The notes under the pieces: model-generated | The model's input: only the letters and a program-made list of their open reading frames with translations | What the model was told of the DNA's origin: nothing | The model's database searches: none | Program-made: the position numbers and the translations under genes | From: Octopus bimaculoides | Lineage: Eukaryota | DNA length: 64,000 nucleotides | Assembly: GCF_001194135.2 (NCBI RefSeq) | Contig: NC_068984.1 | Location: 114,241,322 to 114,305,321, forward strand | Reading direction: 5' to 3' | Shown here: piece after piece, positions 50,647 to 62,790 of the stretch | Numbering within the stretch: position 1 is the first letter of the stretch | Layout of the letters: each line of letters begins with the position of its first letter

Positions 50647-51009
50647 GTGGAGACGCAATGGCCCAGTGGTTAGGGCAGCAGACTCGCGGTTTTGATTCCC
50701 AGACCGGGTGTTGTGAGTGTTTATTGAGCGAAAACACCTAAAGCTCCACGAGGCTCCGGCAGGGGATGGTGGCGAACCCTGCTGTACTCTTCCACCACAA
50801 CTTTCTCTCACACTTTCTTCCTATTTCTGTTGTACCTGTATTTCAAAGGGTCAGCCTTGTCACGCTGAATATCTCCGAGAACTACGTTAAGGGTACACGT
50901 GTCTGTGGAGTGCTCAGCCACTTGCACGTTAATTTCACGAGCAAGCAGTTCCGTTGATCGGATCAACTGGAACCCTTGACGTCGTAAGCGACGGAGTGCC
51001 AACAACAAC
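50647..51009 (+). mobile_element. Young tRNA-derived SINE family C
   Basis: Reverse complement of 44911-45295 at roughly 90% identity by eye, with a small deletion between GCGG direct repeats in the tRNA-like head. Confidence 0.92.
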
Positions 51010-54000
51010 CACACAGCTATGCTTGCACATATGAATTTAAAACAAAACGGGTCTCTAAATTAAGGGCAAAGGATGATAGCTGTGGCAAGGCTTGACTACA
51101 TGATCTTCAGCAGTTAATCCGGTACTAACCCACACAACCACTATTGCGGTTATCTATTAAAGAAAAAACATCACTTTTCATTTCTTTTTTTTTTTTTGTC
51201 TTCAATGCATTTTAATAACTTTTGGGGTTATGTTAAATTATACAAATAAAATTGTACTTACTGATTATCAAGGGGGTACATTCCATCATTTAACATCAGT
51301 AATTCCATTTAACATATGTTCAAATTTAACAAAAATATGATTTTGCCAAAAATGTAATAGTAAAGAAACCATCCTGAAAAATAAAAATAAATGATTACAA
51401 TTAAAAACTTAGCGATTTTATTTACTAATTAGATGAAGTTAAATCATAATTTGTATCATTCTGAAATTAAATTGCTTAAGCAAAAATACTTGAAGTCATA
51501 AAATCAAATTTATTCTGCATTCAATATCCACACTTAGCTAAAACAAGTTCCAAATAAACTATTCTATTCTCATTTTACCTTATAAAAATTTCATCCACAA
51601 GAATATCAAGTTTGATTTTGAAATCACTAAATATTTTCCATACTAAATTGGTTAGTGATAGGAAAAGTTTGTATCAAACAAAACTTCAAGTAATTAACAT
51701 CTGCTACAGTGGTGTGTGTGTGTGTGCAGCAATGCACAATTGAATTTCTAAGTAACTAAGATGTCTTTCTTTGCTATTTCGAAATTGCTTAATTTCTGTA
51801 ACTATTGGTTGTGCCTGGAAAAGGTGTGTGTGTATATATATATATAATAATATATATATTTATGTACATGTCATTATTTTTATGTCTACATCTCTATGCT
51901 TGCATGGATCAGACAGAATTTTGTTGAAGTAGATTTTCTATGGTTGAGTGCCCTTCTTATCACCAACCATTACTTGTTTCCAAATAAAGTAATATTTCCC
52001 TTTGCCAGAACTGCTTGTCTGATAGTAACACTCCTTTACATCAAGACAAAAAGACACAAATATATATACGATGGGCTTCTTTCAGTTTCTGTCTGTGAAA
52101 TTCATAAGGATTTGGTCAGCCCAAGGCTAGAGAGGAGACACTTGCCCAAGATGCCATACAGTGGGATTGAGCCTGGAACCATGTGGTTCAGAAGCAAACT
52201 TGCTAGACAGCCACCCTTGCTCCATGTACTGCATATATATGGGGTCTTAGTTTGCAAGTTACATGGTGGCCTCAGTAGTGCTGGTGCCAAGGAAAAAGCA
52301 TTAAATACACTCTGCAAAGTGGTTGGTATTAAGAAGGGCATCCAGCCCCAAAATACCATGCCAAAGTAGATGTTAGAACATCATGCAGTCTTTTCATCTA
52401 CCAGATCCTGTAAAATTACTCAACCCATGTCAGCATGGGTTAAGATGATCATCATGATCTATATGTGTGTTTGTGTATATATNNNNNNNNNNTATATATA
52501 CAGGTCAAAGTGCAATTTCTCGTTTACATAATATTTTTATATTCAAAACACAGCTGAAGTCATTATCATAGATGGATTTGATAATGATGACATGTTCTGT
52601 TCAGTCTTACACTTTAAGTCCTCAAAGGTTTTTTTTTTTTTATTACAATACGCGAATCATTAGAACATCAGATAAAAGTCCTTGTGGTATATCTTCCGGT
52701 TCTGTACTTTGCACTGAAATCTTGCCAAAATCAATTTTTTTTTTTTCTTTTAAATAATTTTGTGATGGATAAAGTACCAGACAGATACTAGGGACTATTT
52801 TCCTTCATTCTCCCAGGATTGATGTATCTCGAAAATAATAACAACACCCGAAGGAAAGCAACGGGTGAACCACCCTTACATTCTCCCCCGAAAATTTAAT
52901 TAGAAGTTCTGAGTACTTGTCGTCACCAGGGGTCGTTCGTTGACCTAATGGCACCAGGAAACTATTATAAAAATGCTATTTCGTAACAAGACAGTTTTTA
53001 AATATATATTTTAAAAATCACATTTAGTTATTTAGTCCCAGGTTACTGCTGATCAAAAACATTCTGTAACAATCCCGTCTTTCTGCATATCAGGATCAAC
53101 AGTATCCAATATATCTCTAGATTTATAGACAGTAAGGTGAGAGTTCAGGGATATTTGACTGCTAGTTCTGGCAATTCTAGCGAACAGAATCATTTTCGCT
53201 CTGGTGTGTGAAACCGAAGTTTAAAGATCTTGTGTGAAATTTTTAAAAATAAATAACTTTCTTTTATAATTAAAAAATTAACTACGGTTAACATTAGAAG
53301 TCTAAAGTGTTTTATGTATTTCGAGTAACCATCGACAGGTGCTGCACAATTGCCAAAGTTATCACTTTTAAAGTAACATAAGCAATCGCAAATAACATAC
53401 CTTAGTTTTATAAACAATATTACAGACCAAGATATCTTTATATTAACACGATCCAATTGTGTTAATTATAAAGAAAACTATCCACTTCACGAAAATATAT
53501 GTCCTTAAAATATATTTATCTAATATTAATGCTTGAACAGATGTTCAATATTAGTAAAAGAAAAGACAGGTTTTTCACTAAGCACAAACTTTATACTATC
53601 TAATTTCTCAAGTTTTAAACGATTTCAAAAATCTTGAGTAAAACTACCTGAAAGTCCGATTGAAAAATTTATTACAAGCGAAAATTTTGACAGGTACTAA
53701 ACTGAAAAATGCGTTGAGTTTTGGAAAGGTTTTACACCTTGACAAAAAAATTAAAACGTATTATTTTAGAACAAGAAAAGATACATCTCAAAATACGCAG
53801 GTGAGATGAATCAAAATTGAAATTAAAGTTTTAATTACATTTTTTTAATAGATAACGATCATAAAAAAAAGTAAAATCAAGCTCAGAATGTATGCCACGA
53901 TGTCAACTTCAGAAAACAAGTTGGAGGAGTGGAGCTTTGGCAGCTGGGGCAATATCTAATGCAACTATTATCGCAGAGAGAAAACTCAGATCCACTGCCA

Positions 54001-55776
54001 AAAACTGACCTCGATCGTTTAATCGAGAATGAAAGGGCGAGGAAGCAGTCAAATAAAGAACATTAGTAAACATCTATATTGAACTTTTCTTTCTGTAAAC
54101 CTTGCTTTGAAGTATAGTTTTCACCGAACGCTTTTCAAGAATTAACCACCCCCCCCCCGCTTCAGTTTTTGTTCTGCTCTTCTAATTCCGGCCAAGCATA
54201 ATTTTCACGAGTATACACAAACGCATCGATGAAAAAAAGAAAAAAATTCTTCGTATAACCTAATCCTACAAATGCAATGATATAATTCAAAATTAAAAAT
54301 GACATTTGTTTGCAACGAAATACGACAGTTGCTTTTATGAAATAAATACAGAATATTAATTTTTTTTCCGTTTTAAAAAAAAAAAAGAAAAACTCAAAAC
54401 TGAAAGAGAGAGACTTTAGGAAATCTATATAATTGAATTAATAAATATTAAAAGAAATATCAACTACCTTTTCTGATAAGAAAATTTTAAAGCAAATTTC
54501 TCGATTTTGTTTCTGTATAAAATACGTTTTACTATAGTTTTCGTGTCGCAAAACTATTAAAAAGATGCTTGACAAATAAATGGTAAGATTTTTCCAAGAT
54601 GCGATGTAGATAGTCGGTCCGAGTCGCTTACAAACCCAACAGGAAACACGCAATGAGGCCCCTTACAACATGCTGTACAGCAACTGAAGCAGCAGGAGTT
54701 AATTTCTCATTACATGTTAGATCTCTTGACGGAATTTGATCTTAAAAAGTGAATTTAAAAAATAGTTTCTATTCATTTAACAAAATAAAAAATACTAATA
54801 CTAACAAAAAAAAAATCTTTAATTTAAAATTTAAAACATATTAACATATCTGATGACGATAGTTTTATAACTTCAATTTAATATTTTTCATGTTGAAAAT
54901 TAAGTTGTGAGTTTTATTATTATAAAACTCAAGTGGCAGTTAATTTCGTAAATATATTGTTACAAAGAAAACAATTATTTTCATTGTATGAAAATGTATT
55001 TTTTTAATGTAGAAAATTTATCATAATTATCCCGGAAGTTCTAAGTTTCGGTTTCATTATTGAATTATGCAATCTTTCTATTTACATGAGTAACGCAACG
55101 CAGACTAGTGTAACTTTTTATTGAGGATTTTAACTAACTTTTAAACTTGCCAGTAAGAACTGTCACCTTCGCAAAGACAGTCTTCGAATTTACTTTATTA
55201 TGTTATAGTATGCAATTTTGGAATTTTTAAATCAAATATTCTGAGAAAATATTCTCGTGGACTTCAACCTCCATCATCAAAAATGTGATTATTTTGTTGG
55301 TTGAACAGTTTGGAAATCATAATTTGAAAATAATATCAGAATATTTTAATAATTATATTTTTAAATACTTCAAAAATCATATTCCTTTTCAATCCGCTTC
55401 TGATAAACATGGTAATGATACCTCTAATACAATTCCCAGATGTTATTCTGAAATATTATAAGGAAATTATCAATTTACTTTACTAAAACGTCTGGGCATC
55501 ACTATTCCAGATTTTCAAATGTGTGTGTGTATTATATATATATATATATATATATATATTCGAGAATTAAGGCTACCATTAGTTTCATGTTAAGAAAAAT
55601 AGGAAAATATCCTAGTGTCTTAATTTTTCTAGCCGATCATATGGAAAAGGTGTTAAGAAACTAGGGTATTTTCCTATTTTCCCATGAAACCAAGTGTAGC
55701 CTTAATTCACAAATAAAGAAATTATATCCACCAATGCGGTTTTGACCACTTGTTTTCATCATTTGACATTTACATA

Positions 55777-55825
<49 letters not shown>

Positions 55826-56436
55826 AACACTAGTGCAAACATGTAAATTTATTTATTATACACTTAAAGTAAATTATATTTGCATGATGTTGGCAGCAAA
55901 ATAGCTGTCATCCTATGGATATCAACTGGTGAAATAAGTATATTCATCTCATATGTCCTGAATTTATTTGTATTCTAATACCCCTCATGAAATAATGTTC
56001 AGTGATTGGATTTACTGGATTTCAGCTACATAGGACTCTACATTATATTCCTATGTATTGGTTTACTAGGTTGTTTGTAGCCAGGTTCACAAAAGGAACT
56101 TCTTTGTGGGTACCACTGGATTATATAAATCCATATAACATGCATTAAATATATATTTATTCAATGCACTTGTACCTTTATATATATNNNNNNNNNNNNN
56201 NNNNNNNNNNNNNNNNNNNNNNNNNNNNNNNNNNNNNNNNNNNNNNNNNNNNNNNNNNNNNNNNNNNNNNNNNNNNNNNNNNNNNNNNNNNNNNNNNNNN
56301 NNNNNNNNNNNNNNNNNNNNNNNNNNNNNNNNNNNNNNNNNNNNNNNNNNNNNNNNNNNNNNNNNNNNNNNNNNNNNNNNNNNNNNNNNNNNNNNNNNNN
56401 NNNNNNNNNNNNNNNNNNNNNNNNNNNNNNNNNNNN

Positions 56437-56659
56437 GAGCATGGCCGTTGCCAGTACCGCCTGACTGGCCTTCGTGCGGGTGACACGTAAAAGCACCCAC
56501 TACACTCTCTGAGTGGTTGGCGTTAGGAAGGGCATCCAGCTGTAGAAACTCTGCCAAATTAGATTGGAGCCTGGTGTTGCCATCCGGTTTCACCAGTCCT
56601 CAGTCAAATCGTCCAACCCATGCTAGCATGGAAAGTGGACGTTAAACGATGATGATGAT
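56437..56659 (+). mobile_element. Young family A SINE (5' part hidden in gap)
   Basis: Only about three mismatches to ~19268-19452 over ~185 bp. Confidence 0.9.
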
Positions 56660-56668
56660 ATATATATG

Positions 56669-56713
<45 letters not shown>

Positions 56714-57445
56714 GTATAAGGGAACAAGAAATATTGTGTGTGTGTGTGTGTGTATGTTGGATATGACATGAAACTGCTGGTTGTGAGGCTCTAGTCTGGG
56801 AGTTCTAGGGTTTTGAGGAGAGAGGAACAGCCTCTTAGCCATTACTGTTCCATGGTCTACTCTAACCCAGAGTAGTAGCATCTGTCACTAGCAGATGCGA
56901 TGGCATTCCATCTCAGCACAGAAATATTCTTTGTTGGTGTCAGGGTGCACAGTAAAACCACGAAGAGTGAGGAACTCTTAGCTATTGTCACAGTATCCTT
57001 CTAGGAAAGGAACACTGATGTAAAACCAACAGTTTCACTTGGTTGCTGGTCATCTCACTTCAGCTTGTCTTTAGGTACTAATCACAGAGACTCAGAGAAT
57101 GGTATTTGTGTTGTACAAGCATTTATCACTAGAATCCAATGACAAACAAATACCTCTTTATGTTGACCTCATTTGTCATTCCATCTACTCAAAAAATCCT
57201 ATGGCAATGGAAGAGTGGCAACATGTGCAGACCTAACCAGTTGGAAGTGCACAGTAAGTTACAACTTTCATCAGTCACCTAAGCTTCAAACTATGTAGAT
57301 CTGCATTGGGACTGAGAAGTCGTGAACGGAAAGTCAGAAATTCCATTGACAATGGAGAAGCACAAGGACACAGTAATCATATGTGAAGACGGAGCAGTCA
57401 CCATATGTATGTATATATAGGTATGTATATTTGTGTAGGTGTATA

Positions 57446-58327
57446 CAGGGTGTTCAGGCTAAACTTGACAGTCTGCATAACAGAAAATGAAAATACAATA
57501 TCCCATCCAAAAATAAAAGTTTTTTTTTTTTTAAAAAGATTAAAAAATAACGAGTTAATAGTTTACTCAAAGTAGCTGCCCTCAGCTTCTACCATGGCCT
57601 CAAGACAGCTTCAGAACCTGGCACATGCATTCCTCACCGAGTCCTTGGGAAGACCTTTGAACACCTCCTTGATCTTCCTTGATCTTGGCCATGAGCTCAG
57701 CCTTGGTGTTGCAGGCAGAGTGGTTGGTGTCTTTCTCAACTGCACCTTACGCATAGTAATCCATGGGACTAGAATCAGAGGAATTAGGGATGAAGTTGTG
57801 GAAGTTCTCCAACAACCACTTCTGACTCTTTCCAAAGGTATGGCAAGGAACCAAATCCTGTTGCCACTCATATGGCTGTCCAGCAGCAACTCTCTCCAGC
57901 CAGGGTTTGATCAGAGTCTCCAGCAGCTTTGCACAACCATCTGAATTGAGCCTAAGGCCTTATTCAAAGACATGGCATGGCATGAAATCACTCTCACTGG
58001 AGGCACACCCAAAGGCCATCACAATTTAGTGAAACTTAGTTTTCATGATGTCCATGTCATGTTTTACAGTGTTCAAAGTGCATTGAGAAGCAGTCATGTT
58101 GGCATATTGATACCCAACATGAATCATCATGCATTCCTGAGTCCCTGGAACACCTTGATCTTTTCCAATATTCAGATGGCTTCCAATCCTCAATGCCAGC
58201 TAACTTTTTTGTAACTACAACTTTAATCATTATATTCTCCAATGCCATGGACTGTTCACCAATACATCAAGCTGTTCCTGAAAAATGGAGACATAAAAAA
58301 ATCATGAAATTTAGCTGGAACACCCTG
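57446..58327 (-). mobile_element. Internally deleted maT-like (Tc1/mariner superfamily) element, 882 bp
   Basis: TIRs CAGGGTGTTCAGGCTAAA and TTTAGCTGGAACACCCTG with TA flanks (57444-45, 58328-29). Minus-strand peptides WQQDLVPCH, NSSDSSPMDY, and KIKEVFKGLPKDSVRNACARF followed by MVEAEGSYFE*. Confidence 0.9.
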
Positions 58328-58428
58328 TATACACACGCTCAGATATTCTTTTATGAGTTTCAGCTAAAAATGAAACATTGCCAACAGGATTTACTTTTCA
58401 TAATGAGATAAAAAAAAAACAAGGCTAA

Positions 58429-58464
<36 letters not shown>

Positions 58465-59371
58465 GATAGATAGAGAGAAAGAGAGAGGGGGAGGGAGAGA
58501 GAGAAGCATATAGATACTCATATATACATTTAAAGATTGTGTGACTTCTAGAAAAAAGTGTGGCTATGTTTAAACTGTTCACCACAAAAACCTACACGCT
58601 TTCGAGAATGTTACTAGCCTCTACTCCACAACAGAAGTCATGAATAATTAAACAAGTCTTGGAAGATTGGTTCCTGTATAGTTTTGTTTAGCAGGTATAG
58701 AAGATAATTGCATTCAAAATGTTACTAATTTTAGACAGAAAACTGATATCATCTACATCATCTTGGCAATTTGAGTTCCAATGTTAAGATCCAGCACATG
58801 AATCAAATTGACTGACACAACAGACTATGGCACTTCATTCCATAACTTTTGGAATTGGTACAGTTTTGAATGCAATTAGGAACACTGCTAAAGTTTAAAG
58901 AAAGAGTTACTAAAGAATTCATGCCCAGGAAACACACATGACGGCCTTCAAAGGAGTGCATGCAGACACTATTTGCAAGTGACACTCACAGAGCAATTAC
59001 TGAGTGACAACAACTGGATCCAGAAGTAGATGAAAATGAGATGGAACAGTTGATGGTGGCTCTGGAAAGTAAAAACAGTGAATAATGATGAGGGTGTTGA
59101 GAAAGTACTGAATACATCACGGAAACATACAACCAAATGGTTGGTAGAGAGGTGCTTTGCACTTATTAACATTTAAGGGTCCAAGCATAGCTATGTAGCT
59201 AAGAAGCATGCTTCCCTGCCACATAGTTCTAGGTTAAGTCTCACTGAAGGGCAACTTAGCGAGTGTCTACTACAGCCCTGGGCTGTCCAAAGCATTGAGA
59301 GAGTGGATTTGGGAGCTGAAAACTGAAAGCTTGTGTGTGTGTACATATACATATATATATATATATATATA

Positions 59372-59585
59372 TGAGAGGGTGCTGAAAAGTTCCTGGCTCT
59401 GGGTAAAAGAAAATACAAGAGGATCAGATAATTATGATTTTATTCAACATATTCCCCTCTCAGATTCACACACTTATTGCAGCAGTCTTTCAGTTTCTCT
59501 AAGCCCTGTAACAGAAATCGGAAGGTTGGGCCTCCAGCTACATCTTTCGTGGTGTCTTTAAATCGAAGAACTTTTCAGCACCCAT
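59372..59585. mobile_element. Mariner-derived MITE (irritans/Hsmar2-like TIR)
   Basis: GAGAGGGTGCTGAAAAGTTC at the left and GAACTTTTCAGCACCC at the right, both ending in TA-rich flanks. Confidence 0.75.
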
Positions 59586-59719
59586 ATATACATACAACTT
59601 TTAACCACCAAGTGTCAAAATGCATCCCTTGACCAAGTTTGCATATATGAGGCAGCTCCTTAAGCAACATTCTTTGTCTGATAACCTAGAATATATGCCC
59701 AAAGAAGTCACGTGACTCT

Positions 59720-60500
59720 ACCACAACGTATCATCAGATGAAAGGATGAGCCTATATGAGCAGAAAACTATACATGGATATGCTATTAGAAAGCTCTGAA
59801 ATGATAGTAACATTGATCATCAAAGCAGTCTACCCTTTGAAGGGTATGCATTTGCAATCGCGGAAGAGGAAATATCAACCAAGTACCTGATGCACAAAAG
59901 GGATAGAATTGCAGGAAAAACAGTAAAATGTGACAACCGATGCAGGGTATGCATTTGCATTTGCAATCGCGGAAGAGGAAATATCAACCAAGTACCTGAT
60001 GCACAAAAGGGATAGAATTGCAGGAAAAACAGTAAAATGTGACAACCGATGCAGGGTATGCATTTGCAATTGCGGAAGAGGAAATATCAACCAAGTACCT
60101 GATGCACAAAAGGGATAGAATTGCAGGAAAAACAGTAAAATGTGACAACCGATGCAGACTTTGTGGAGTTAACACCGAAGGTATCACCCTTATCATAAGC
60201 AGTTGTCCAAAAATGTCATGTCAGTATTATGTACTGATGAGACATGATGTTGTAGCTAGGACACTCTATAATGAAATCCATCAGAAGGATAACCCTCAGG
60301 ACAAAGAAGTAAGAATCCACAGTATGGTAGAAGCCATAGCCACTCATAAGAAAAAAAAGTACTGGTGGAATGTCCCAGTGAAGACCTCAATAAAACGTAA
60401 GCACAACAGACATGATAGAATGATTTGGGATAGAGAAGAGAAACTGTGTATAGTTGTGGAAATTAGCTGCCCAGCAGATGTTAACATAAAGCTGAAGATC
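59720..60500 (+). mobile_element. Dong/R4-like non-LTR retrotransposon C-terminal fragment (zinc knuckle + restriction-like endonuclease)
   Basis: EQKTIHGY, EGYAFAI.EEEISTKYL, CDNRCRLC...IISSCP (decayed CCHC), RHDVVARTLY and NRHDRMIWD...CIVVEISCP.D.N (decayed PD..D/ExK). Confidence 0.8.
59842..60156. repeat. Tandem triplication (103/109/103 bp) inside the Dong/R4 fragment
   Basis: Units 59842-59944, 59945-60053 (extra 6 bp) and 60054-60156 (one C>T at a CpG). Confidence 0.95.
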
Positions 60501-60504
60501 AGCT

Positions 60505-60700
60505 TGATGTTGCAAGCAGAGTGGCTGCTGTTTTTCTCAACTGTACTCCACACATTGTAGAACAAAGGGGGAAAAAGTGACTGCAACAACTACAAAATAA
60601 TCCCTTAACTGAGCATCGTTGTAAAAGTCTTTTTGTGCATGGTTCAGAACAGACTGCAAGAAATTGCTGATAGTGTATATCCTGAATCTCAGTTTGGATT
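60505..60700 (+). mobile_element. RTE-clade reverse transcriptase fragment
   Basis: L*NKGGKSDCNNYKIIP*LSIVVKVF...NRLQEIADSVYPESQFG matches the recalled RTE RT motif YKNKGxxSDCNNYRGISLLS...PESQCGF. Confidence 0.75.
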
Positions 60701-60849
60701 ATTTCTGAAAACTGTATCCAAAAAACTTAGTTAAAAAAAAATTATACATTTCACTCACCGCCATCTCTCCCTCTCTCCTCCCCTCCTCCCTTCCAACTAA
60801 TCATATGGAAACATTACAGATGGGCTAAGTTGTGGAGTGACAAGCAGAA

Positions 60850-61700
60850 TTATTATAAGATAATTCTGGAAAATTAATGCAGGCCATTGTCAAAGAACTT
60901 CAAGAATCAGAGTGGACTATCCGAGCTATGGTGCAAAAGGACATATAATACAAGTCGTTTGCACTGAGGAGAGGCCAAATCATGTCTGCAGAGACACAGG
61001 GGAAACTGTTCAACACATGCCAAGTGCCACTCAATGTTGAAAATCTTTATGAACACTGCATGCTTTGGTTCTTCTCTGATAAGAAAATCTTCGACCATTA
61101 TCAAAAGTCTAACAAGAGAAATGACAGAAAGTTATGTGCAAATCTTTCTGATGTCCCCAGAGTAATACATACTAAGGTTCCAGCAATTATGATGGTTTTG
61201 GAAGTGGTAACACAAGTCATACGTACCACCTCAGTCTTAGAATTAATGCTACTGGATACAATGAGGTGCTGGAGGCAGTTCATAAGCCTTGGATGGATGA
61301 AGCATGCAGTGGAAGGCCATATACATTTCATAAAGACTAGGCACCTTCTCACGTAGTCTATATAATCCAAGAATACGATCATATTACACCAAACTTGTGG
61401 CTCCAAACTCACTGGAATTAAATCCCATGGACAACTACATTTGAAATGTTGTCGAAAGGGAAGCTAATCAACATCTTCAGAATACCATTGCTTCATGCGT
61501 TGCACTGATGAATAAGGACCAAATACAGGCATGTCAACAATTCCAGTCATGTATTGAAGCAGTCATTGAAGCTGACAGCAGATTCATACAATAATCTTAC
61601 AAGAAATCTTATAGAAAACATGCACACAAATTTTATTTGTACACATTTGGTTTCGACTGTATTAGAGTTTTATTAAATTATCAAATATGTCTCACACCCT
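60850..61700 (+). mobile_element. Decayed maT-like transposase
   Basis: MQAIVKEL.ESEWTIR, YKSFALRRGQIMS, WFFSDKKIFD..QK.NKRNDR, TKVPA.MMVL.VV, KD*APSH, LNPMD and CIEAVIEADSRFIQ*. CACCCTTTA at ~61695 resembles the TIR end. Confidence 0.8.
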
Positions 61701-61711
61701 TTATACACATT

Positions 61712-62110
61712 CATCATCATCATCATCATCATCGTCATTTAACGTCCGCTTTCCATGCTAGCATGGGTTGGACAATTTGACTGAGGACTGGTGAACCAGA
61801 TGGCTACACGAAGCTCCAATCTGATTTGGCAGAGTTTCTACAGCTGGATGCCCTTCCTAACGCCAACCACTCAGAGAGTGTAGTGGGTGCTTTTACGTGC
61901 CACCGGCACGAGGGCCAATCAGGTGGGTACTGGCAACAGCCACGCTGGAAATGGTGTATCTTACGTGCTACCTGCACAAGGGCCAGTCCAGGGGCACTGG
62001 CAACAATCTCACTCGGATGTCTTACTGGCAAAGGCCACGCTCGAAATGGTGTATTACGTGTCACCTGCACAGGAGCCAGTCCATCGGCACTGTGCAGGTG
62101 ACACGTAATA
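61712..62110 (-). mobile_element. Young family A SINE with a fold-back hairpin at its 5' junction
   Basis: (CAT)n tail, family A tail and domain, and the same sub-repeats as 19133-19452. Perfect 21-bp inverted repeat 62052-62072/62090-62110. Confidence 0.9.
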
Positions 62111-62319
62111 CATATATATTACATATACATAAGTACTTATACACACACACACACACACGAGTAAAAACACCATACTCCATACAATGCATCAAATATAAAC
62201 AATGGATGTACCATAGGCATTGTGTGATCACAAACAGGTCATTAGCAAAAGTAGCCTTCATGCGTTGCAGGTACACAGGAATATTAAACAGGAAATAAAT
62301 TCCCTTAACTGCTCAGAAG

Positions 62320-62545
62320 GTTCCCCAGAAGTAGTCACTAGTTTTTGTTACCTAGATGACCTAATTAGGAGTGGGGTTGGTTGCTATTAAATTATAGTAG
62401 TCAGAGGAAGAACTAAACAGAAAAATTTCAGGGTGCTACGACATCTACTGGCAACAAAGGAACCTCTCCATTACTTAGAGCAAGGGCTAGATTGTATAAT
62501 GCTTGTGTGTGGAGTGTGGTGCTACATGATAGTGAGATCTGAGCT
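62320..62545 (+). mobile_element. Decayed RTE LINE 3' coding fragment
   Basis: FCYLDDLIRSGVGC..., KNFRVLRHLLATK and RARARLYNACVWSVVLHDSE. Confidence 0.6.
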
Positions 62546-62790
62546 TTGAGCTCTGACTCATCCCCATCACCCCCAAATCCTGTCTTTCTTCAATGATCCT
62601 GTCTCTGCATCCTCTCTAGATCCTCAACACCCACATTTTTTCCTCTAGAACAATGGAGTATGACACTGTCCTTTAATTTGTCAGATCCTTATGAACCATC
62701 CACCCCAAACCAGAAAGGAAATCAGATATAAAATAGTGATGGTAATATTTGTATACACATATACACATTATATGTACATACATACACATA

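Noticed and set aside
53053-53193. 46-aa minus-strand ORF MILFARIARTSS...DGIVTECF with a transit-peptide-like start
   Set aside because: It is short, has no credible donor before the stop and no recognisable homology; compatible with chance.
53920-53985. ELWQLGQYLMQLL resembling the ETS-domain QLWQFLLELL
   Set aside because: The match needs a 3-residue insertion, and the rest of the ETS domain is absent.
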